Assembly: GCA_027082835.1 (NCBI GenBank)
Contig: JALWTP010000001.1
Location: forward strand, 1 to 32,422
Reading direction: 5' to 3'
DNA from: Candidatus Kaiserbacteria bacterium
Lineage (GTDB): Bacteria > Patescibacteriota > Minisyncoccia > Phycocordibacterales > UBA2100
DNA: 32,422 nt
The notes below the pieces were generated by a model, which was given only the letters and a program-made list of their open reading frames with translations, was not told the origin of the DNA and ran no database searches. Each line of letters opens with the position of its first letter. The stretch's first letter is position 1. Below, one piece after another: positions 26,299 through 32,422 of this stretch. A program made the position numbers and the translations under genes.

Positions 26299-27618
26299 AT
26301 GTTAGATATTAAATTTATACGCGAAAACAAAGAAATAGTGGCAGCAGGAGCACGTAAAAAGCACACCGAGATAGACCTTGATGCGCTTATTGCACTTGAT
26401 GACGAACGCAAAGCGCTTTTGGGTGAAGTGGAAGAAATGCGCGCAAAACAAAACGAAGTATCAAAGCAAATCTCAACAATAATAAATACCGAAAAAAAGA
26501 ACGAGCTCATCGCGCAGATGCAAGAGCTCAAAGATGCTCTCCAGAAAAAGGAAGACGAGTTAAAAGAGACGATGAAAAAGTGGCAAGAGCTTATGCTTAA
26601 AGTGCCAAATGTTCCCGATATGTCGGTACCCGATGGTGACAGTGACGAAGACAATAAAGAGATAAAAGTATGGGGCGATAAAACCGCATTTGATTTTGAA
26701 CCAAAGAGCCATATAGACATTATGACCAATTTAGATATGGTTGACTTTGAACGCGGTGTGAAAGTTTCTGGTTTTCGCGGATATTTCTTGAAAAAAGATG
26801 GGGCACTTTTAAGTTATGCAATATGGAATTATGCGCGAGACTTTTTCTTGAAGAAAGGATTTGACCCACTTTTGGTACCAACCATTGTACGCAAGAGTAA
26901 TCTATACGGAACGGGACACCTGCCAAACGAAGCAGAAGATGTATATAAGACACAAGATGATGACTATCTTATCGGGACTTCGGAAATATCAACTATGGGA
27001 TATTATTCGGACGAGGTATTGCCAAAAGGGAAATTGCCAGTGAAGTTTCTTTCTTTCTCTCCTTGTTATCGACGAGAAGCGGGCAGTCATGGAAAAGATA
27101 CAAAAGGGCTTATCCGTGTGCATGAGTTTTATAAACTTGAACAAGTTATATTGTGTGAGGCCAGTCACGAAGAGTCGGTAAAGTGGCATGAGTGGCTGAA
27201 CCGCAACACTGAAGAGTTTATTGAATCGCTCGGTATTCCGTACCACACAGTGCTTAACTGCGGAGGTGATTTAGGACAAGGACAGGTCAAGAAATATGAT
27301 ATTGAGTTATGGGTGCCAATGGAAGAAAAATACCGCGAGATAAGTTCTGCATCGTATTTCCACGATTTCCAAACGCGTCGTTTCAATATCAAATACAAAG
27401 ACGAACAGGGAAAGAGTAAGTATGCCCACTCACTTAACTGTACGGCAATACCAACACCCCGAATACTCGTTTCGCTCATAGAAAATTATCAAAATGCAGA
27501 TGGGACCGTTACTATTCCTGAGGTATTGCGACCATATATGGGAGGGCGCTCTACCATAGGAGAATCGGTGGAAAAAGCAAAAGAAGATAGTGAAGATATG
27601 CCAAGCAGTGATGAATAA
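26299..27618 (+). CDS. serS: Seryl-tRNA synthetase
   Basis: MLDIKFIREN, N-terminal coiled coil, YRREAGSHGKDTKGLIRVHEF, HSLNCT. Confidence 0.97.
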   Translation: MLDIKFIRENKEIVAAGARKKHTEIDLDALIALDDERKALLGEVEEMRAKQNEVSKQISTIINTEKKNELIAQMQELKDALQKKEDELKETMKKWQELMLKVPNVPDMSVPDGDSDEDNKEIKVWGDKTAFDFEPKSHIDIMTNLDMVDFERGVKVSGFRGYFLKKDGALLSYAIWNYARDFFLKKGFDPLLVPTIVRKSNLYGTGHLPNEAEDVYKTQDDDYLIGTSEISTMGYYSDEVLPKGKLPVKFLSFSPCYRREAGSHGKDTKGLIRVHEFYKLEQVILCEASHEESVKWHEWLNRNTEEFIESLGIPYHTVLNCGGDLGQGQVKKYDIELWVPMEEKYREISSASYFHDFQTRRFNIKYKDEQGKSKYAHSLNCTAIPTPRILVSLIENYQNADGTVTIPEVLRPYMGGRSTIGESVEKAKEDSEDMPSSDE

Positions 27619-27642
27619 TGGTGCAAGGAAGTGTGTATATGT

Positions 27643-28530
27643 ATGCAAATTTTTAAAAAGCAAGAACCGGTAAAAATACACGACCACTTTAAAAAGGTAC
27701 AACAAAAAAGAAGAAAATTAACGAAGGCAAAGGCACCAATGAGCAAAAGGCGCAGGATGCTTTGGAAAGGTATTTTGTTTCTTTCAGTGTTGGTATTGTT
27801 GACCGTACTGCTCAGTGTGATTTCATTTCTCAATATTTTGCAAATACAAAAAATTACAGTGAAAGGAGGTGACACTCTTTTAAATCTGCGTATTGAAAAC
27901 GAAATGTATCACGAACTTGAACATCCGTTTTTTTGGTTATTTTCTCGCCGAAATATAGTAACTGTTGATGTAGATGATTTACATAATAATCTATATCAGG
28001 CATTCCCGCGCATTAACACAATAAAAATAAAGAAACATTTATTTTCGCGAGAACTTTCTGTATCAATTATAGAGCGTATACCATATGCGCTGTGGTGCCC
28101 TCAAAGGGAAGTTTTAAGAGAGGACTGTTTTTATATTGACCCTGCTGGGTACATATTTGCGCGAGTAGGTGTCAACGATGACACTTCTGGGAAGGTTATA
28201 TTTTATGAAGGTATAGGCGAGAGTACCACTGATGCAATCCGGAAACGCATAGCGGAAAGTACTTTCAAGAAAATAAATGAGATCAATAAAGACTTGCGAA
28301 AAAAAGGATTACACCCAAGTCGTGTGAGTGTTATGGATGGAAACACACAGATAGAGATGCAGCCAAATTGGATTCTTAAAATAGACACAAATGACGATAC
28401 TGCGCGCATAGCAGACGACTTGATGGTTGTACTTACACAAAAGAAGCTTTTGAATGCACTTGATACTCTGGAGTATATAGATATGCGTTTTGGTAGACGC
28501 GTTTATGTAAAGCGAGCGGGAATAGAATAA
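27643..28530 (+). CDS. ftsQ: FtsQ/DivIB-like POTRA domain protein
   Basis: Basic N-terminus, TM helix, IQKITVKG, FPRI...I.ER.P..LW, and the C-terminal YIDMRFGRRVYVK. Confidence 0.75.
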   Translation: MQIFKKQEPVKIHDHFKKVQQKRRKLTKAKAPMSKRRRMLWKGILFLSVLVLLTVLLSVISFLNILQIQKITVKGGDTLLNLRIENEMYHELEHPFFWLFSRRNIVTVDVDDLHNNLYQAFPRINTIKIKKHLFSRELSVSIIERIPYALWCPQREVLREDCFYIDPAGYIFARVGVNDDTSGKVIFYEGIGESTTDAIRKRIAESTFKKINEINKDLRKKGLHPSRVSVMDGNTQIEMQPNWILKIDTNDDTARIADDLMVVLTQKKLLNALDTLEYIDMRFGRRVYVKRAGIE

Positions 28531-28567
28531 ACTTCCACTCTGAAGCGCCTTGTGATACTGTGCCAAA

Positions 28568-29536
28568 ATGGGAAAGAGTTTTTGGAGACAATTAAAGAAG
28601 CCTATTTTAGTACTTGCACCAATGGAAGATGTGACTGATTTCGCATTTAGGCACATCATTGCAAAATACAGCAAAGGCAAAGGTGGAAATTATGTGACCT
28701 ATACTGAGTTTGTCGCCGCTGACGGACTGGTTTTTGCTGACGAAAAAGGGAGAAAAAAACTACTTTCAAAACTAAAGTATTCCGAGATAGAGAGACCGAT
28801 AGTTGCGCAGATATTTTCTTCAAAACCTGAAAATATAGAAAAGGCGGCACGAATTGCAGAAGAGCTTGGGTTTGATGGGGTGGATATAAATATGGGGTGC
28901 CCTGATAGATCAATAGAAAAACAAGGAGCGGGAGCTGCACTTATTAAAAATCCGGATCTCGCAGTAGAGTTAATTGAAGCGGCGCAACGCGGTGCACCGC
29001 ATTTACCAATATCAGTGAAAACGCGTATAGGATATGCTGAAAATGAAGTGGGAGAATGGGTACCGAAACTGCTTGAAACTGGTATTGAAGCGCTCACCAT
29101 CCATGCGAGAACACGCAATGAGTTGAGTAAAGTGCCGGCAAATTGGGAAGTGATTAAGCAAGTAGTAGAAATACGAGACGCATTGCAATCTAATACTCTT
29201 ATCATTGGAAATGGAGATGTGAGAGATGTTGAAGATGCATATAAAAAAGCAAAAGAAAGTGGTGCAGATGGAGTGATGATAGGGCGTGGCATTTTTGGTA
29301 ATCCATGGGGTATGAGTGCATACAAGCCAACCCTTAAAGAAAAGCTCGTTGCACTGATAGAGCACACAAAACTTTTCGAAAATACATTTGCTGACATAAA
29401 GAGTTTTGCAACAATGAAAAAACACTTTGCCAGTTATGTTGCCGGGTTTGAGGGTGCAAAAGAAATGCGTATACAACTCATGGAAGCAGACAACGCACAG
29501 GGCGTAGCACACATAATAGAGAACACACAACAATAA
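28568..29536 (+). CDS. dus: tRNA-dihydrouridine synthase
   Basis: LAPMEDVTD, DINMGCP, SVKTRIG, TIHART, IGNGD, GVMIGRG. Confidence 0.95.
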   Translation: MGKSFWRQLKKPILVLAPMEDVTDFAFRHIIAKYSKGKGGNYVTYTEFVAADGLVFADEKGRKKLLSKLKYSEIERPIVAQIFSSKPENIEKAARIAEELGFDGVDINMGCPDRSIEKQGAGAALIKNPDLAVELIEAAQRGAPHLPISVKTRIGYAENEVGEWVPKLLETGIEALTIHARTRNELSKVPANWEVIKQVVEIRDALQSNTLIIGNGDVRDVEDAYKKAKESGADGVMIGRGIFGNPWGMSAYKPTLKEKLVALIEHTKLFENTFADIKSFATMKKHFASYVAGFEGAKEMRIQLMEADNAQGVAHIIENTQQ

Positions 29537-29553
29537 TTTGGTATACTTACCAA

Positions 29554-30594
29554 ATGAATGAACAAAGCGAGAATCAGGCACTGTATAGAAAGTATCGACC
29601 AACTTCCTTTAGTGAGGTTGTTGGACAAGATCATATCGTTTCAGTTTTGCGTAAGGCACTTAAAGAGAGAAGTACAACACATGCGTATTTGTTTTATGGC
29701 GGGCGAGGAACAGGGAAGACTTCGGTAGCACGATTGCTTGCAAAAGAGTTGGGAACGAGCAGTAAAGACTTGTATGAAATGGATGCTGCGTCCAATAGAA
29801 AGATAGATCACTTTAGAGAGCTCAACGAGTCAGTCCACACACTGCCATTTGAATCAAAGTACAAAGTGTACATTATAGACGAGGTACATATGCTTACCAA
29901 AGATGCTTTCAATGCATTTTTAAAAACATTGGAAGAACCACCAAAGCATGTCGTATTCATTCTTGCGACAACCGAACTTGAAAAATTGCCAGATACTATA
30001 GTGTCGAGGTGTCAGACATTTCCATTCAATATACCCTCACGAGAGATATTGGCGGATGTAATGAAGAAAATCGCAAAAAAAGAGAAATATACATTGGATA
30101 CAGATGCAGCGGAGCTTATTGCACTTCTCGCAGAGGGGTCATTTCGTGATGGGCTTGGTATATTGCAAAAGGTACTCTCATACTCTGACGATACCAAAAT
30201 ATCATTGCGTGTCGTAGAGGAAATTACGGGGTCCCCGCGAAGCGAATCACTAAACAGCGTACTTTCAGCCCTTTGTGAAAAAGATACGGACACTGCACTT
30301 CGTGAACTTAATAGTGCAGTAGAAGCACAGATAGATATAGATGTATTCCAAAAATTGCTTTTAGATAGAGTGCGCGCAGTGCTATTATTAAAGCATTCTG
30401 CATCTATGGCAGATATGCTCAAAGAAAAGTTTAATAAAGATGATTATGCACTTATTGAAAAAGTTGCGTCTACCGAAGGGGCGAACATAAATGCTAAAAT
30501 ACTTAAAGAGCTCTTGGATGCGTATCTTTTCACTTCGGGTTCATACACCAAACAGATTCCGCTTGAAATGGCAATACTAAACATTTGCAAATAG
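29554..30594 (+). CDS. dnaX: DNA polymerase III gamma/tau (short, no Zn module)
   Basis: LYRKYRP, GGRGTGKT, DAAS, DEVHML, NAFLKTLEEPP, SRC. Confidence 0.95.
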   Translation: MNEQSENQALYRKYRPTSFSEVVGQDHIVSVLRKALKERSTTHAYLFYGGRGTGKTSVARLLAKELGTSSKDLYEMDAASNRKIDHFRELNESVHTLPFESKYKVYIIDEVHMLTKDAFNAFLKTLEEPPKHVVFILATTELEKLPDTIVSRCQTFPFNIPSREILADVMKKIAKKEKYTLDTDAAELIALLAEGSFRDGLGILQKVLSYSDDTKISLRVVEEITGSPRSESLNSVLSALCEKDTDTALRELNSAVEAQIDIDVFQKLLLDRVRAVLLLKHSASMADMLKEKFNKDDYALIEKVASTEGANINAKILKELLDAYLFTSGSYTKQIPLEMAILNICK

Positions 30595-30598
30595 TTAT

Positions 30599-31243
30599 AT
30601 GCAAGAAATAAAGAACATATATCTCGTGCGTCACGCAGAGAGTGAAGCAAACCTAACCAAAATAGGTGGTGGTAAAGAAACACCACTCACCGAGAGAGGA
30701 CGAGAACAAGCACAAGCACTTGCGGAGCGATTTGAGAACATACCGGTGGATGTAGTGCTCTCAAGTGACTATGTACGCGCACACGAAACGGCGCGCACCA
30801 TAACGGAATACAATAATATACCACTTGAGGTGGTAAATATGGCGGGTGAACGAGAGCTCCCGCCCGATTTGGCAGATCTCCACAAAGACGACCCAAAAGC
30901 AAAAGCACTTAAAAAGCAGTTTTATTATGAATGGATGCATGAAGCAGATACGACTGCCGGCGAGCATTTTGACAGTGTACGCAGGCGTGTGCATGATTTG
31001 GTAACGCTCATAGAGTCGCGCCCAGAGAAAAATATTTTGGTTGTATCGCACGGCTTCTTTTTGAAATTTTTTACTGCACAACAACTTCTCGGTGGGTATT
31101 TAACTCCCGAAATTTTTATAGACAATATAATGAGTCGTATGCGTATGAGCAACACGGGAATTACCTATTTTACCGTTGATGAAAATCATAAGTGGCAACT
31201 GTACGCATGGAGTGACTTTTCACACCTTGGTATCTATTTATAA
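30599..31243 (+). CDS. Histidine phosphatase (phosphoglycerate mutase-like) family protein
   Basis: LVRHAES, LTERG, SS..RA..TA, VSHG. Confidence 0.9.
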   Translation: MQEIKNIYLVRHAESEANLTKIGGGKETPLTERGREQAQALAERFENIPVDVVLSSDYVRAHETARTITEYNNIPLEVVNMAGERELPPDLADLHKDDPKAKALKKQFYYEWMHEADTTAGEHFDSVRRRVHDLVTLIESRPEKNILVVSHGFFLKFFTAQQLLGGYLTPEIFIDNIMSRMRMSNTGITYFTVDENHKWQLYAWSDFSHLGIYL

Positions 31244-31288
31244 GTTGTATATACGGCAAGTATTTGCTACGATACAGTTCAATTTAAT

Positions 31289-31359
31289 TGCCAGATCGTC
31301 TAATGGTAGGACCCGGGATTTTGGTTCCCGTTATCTAGGTTCGAGTCCTAGTCTGGCAG
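31289..31359 (+). tRNA. tRNA-Gln (TTG), no encoded CCA
   Basis: TGCCAGA/TCTGGCA acceptor; anticodon arm CGGGA-TT TTG GT-TCCCG; T arm CTAGG-TTCGAGT-CCTAG. Confidence 0.96.
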
Positions 31360-31374
31360 CATATATTCTTCAAC

Positions 31375-31398
31375 CCCCACACGGCAGTGTGGGGTTTT
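31375..31398 (+). terminator. tRNA-Gln terminator
   Basis: CCCCACAC-GGCA-GTGTGGGG followed by TTTT. Confidence 0.8.
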
Positions 31399-31657
31399 AG
31401 AATATAGCTACCAGTTTGGACTGAAAGAGCGAGTACAATTGAAGAGAGCAAGGAAACTTCTTATCCCTTGCCCACTTGTCTAGTGGTGAAAAATCGTGAT
31501 TATGCAACACTTTTACAAAAATAAAGGTGTCTGACCCCTTTTATTGACCTCTTTTATCTTTTGTTCTTCAATATTGATTTGGGATGAGCTTGCATATTGA
31601 GGGATATAGGCATAGATTAAAAGAAACTGCTCTTTAACAAACAAGGAAGGAATAGCA

Positions 31658-32422
31658 ATGGGTAGAGCACATGGAATGAAAAATCCATCTAATGGATACC
31701 GCCCGATCCCAAAATGGCAGAAAATTTCGCCAAAATTTGAACATCCAAAAACCGCTGGAGGATGGCACACTAAACAAAGTATCCCCCAAAAGTTGCGGCG
31801 GGTGAAAAAGGGTGCCGGGAAGATCATCACATATGTGCTGGACACAAATGTTCTCATGAGGGCTTGGGACTCGCTTTTCAAGTTTGAAGAACACGAAGTG
31901 TACATTGTCGGACAGGTGTGGAAGGAACTGGATGCTCACAAAAAAGGTCATTCCACTGAAGCGTGGAATGTTCGTCAGGCCATTCGCATCATTGATGGTT
32001 TGATGGAAGGTAAAACTCCTGACAAAATCAAAGAGGGCATACTGCTTACTCCTCCGGCTAAGTTGACCAATGGCAAGCCGCATACAGGCAAGTTGTACTT
32101 CGATTTCACGGAACCAAAACTTCCAAGGGATTCGAGCACAGGCTTGGACATATCTCATCCCGATGACCGAATTATTTTGAAGTGCCTTGAGCTACAAAGC
32201 CAGGGTAAATCAGTTGTTTTGGTTACCAACGATGGTGGTTGTCGCGTGAAGGCAACTATTTCGGGTGTTGTGGCGGAGGAGTATCTCAGCGATACCGTCA
32301 GAAGTATCCAAGGTGAAGAAGATTTTCACCCGGGATTCCATATGATGCGATCTGATTTTTCGGAAACTGCCGTGGTAAATGCTGATGCGAAAAATGGTCG
32401 CACAGTATATACGCTCAGTGAC
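31658..32422 (+). CDS. PIN-domain protein of the PIN-PhoH (PhoH2/YlaK) type, partial
   Basis: Not in the ORF track because it is open to the window end. My translation contains YVLDTNVLM, KELDAHKKG, HPDDRII and LVTND...RVKA...G..AEEY..D. AAGGAAGGA lies upstream. The PhoH ATPase part would lie beyond the window. Confidence 0.85.
   Translation, partial: MGRAHGMKNPSNGYRPIPKWQKISPKFEHPKTAGGWHTKQSIPQKLRRVKKGAGKIITYVLDTNVLMRAWDSLFKFEEHEVYIVGQVWKELDAHKKGHSTEAWNVRQAIRIIDGLMEGKTPDKIKEGILLTPPAKLTNGKPHTGKLYFDFTEPKLPRDSSTGLDISHPDDRIILKCLELQSQGKSVVLVTNDGGCRVKATISGVVAEEYLSDTVRSIQGEEDFHPGFHMMRSDFSETAVVNADAKNGRTVYTLSD

Noticed and set aside
26226-26729. 168-aa N-terminal extension of DprA in the ORF track
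   Set aside because: It is mostly the antisense shadow of serS. DprA homology and a -10 box support the start at 26225.
1437-32158. Long antisense or alternative-frame ORFs (e.g. 1437-2042, 6226-6861, 19599-20276, 28699-29397, 29012-29602, 31513-31905, 31634-32158)
   Set aside because: They lie opposite well-supported genes, have no recognisable motifs, and are typical shadow ORFs.

Overview
A housekeeping-rich segment of a streamlined bacterial genome, most consistent with Patescibacteria/Parcubacteria. This assignment is inferred from the class I LysRS, Zn-less short DnaX/HolB, truncated RelA/SpoT, two mreB paralogs and CCA-less tRNA genes. TGA is used as stop, so the code is 11. Genes: priA-like (partial), PEGA protein, mreB, holB, frr, rseP, proS (with an internal in-frame TAG), mreB-mreC-(mini mreD)-pbp2, greA, lysS, mraZ-rsmH-ftsL-ftsI-murF, csp, DedA/VTT, parB, RSH, topA, dprA, serS, ftsQ, dus, dnaX, a histidine phosphatase, a partial PIN-PhoH gene, and tRNA-Glu(CTC), -Leu(CAA) and -Gln(TTG). 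The most unusual signals are non-coding. (1) tRNA-Leu is flanked by a refolded copy of its own 5' part and by a ~200-bp structured unit with inverted and direct copies of its 3' end; the duplication borders fall on predicted transcript ends, and tRNA-Gln has a similar inverted 3'-end copy. (2) Most housekeeping genes look leaderless, with a -10 box ~6 nt before the start codon, while orphan genes carry strong Shine-Dalgarno (SD) sites. (3) There are several candidate structured RNAs (17502-17590, 12299-12453, 13019-13103). All calls come from reading the sequence; no searches or folding programs were run.
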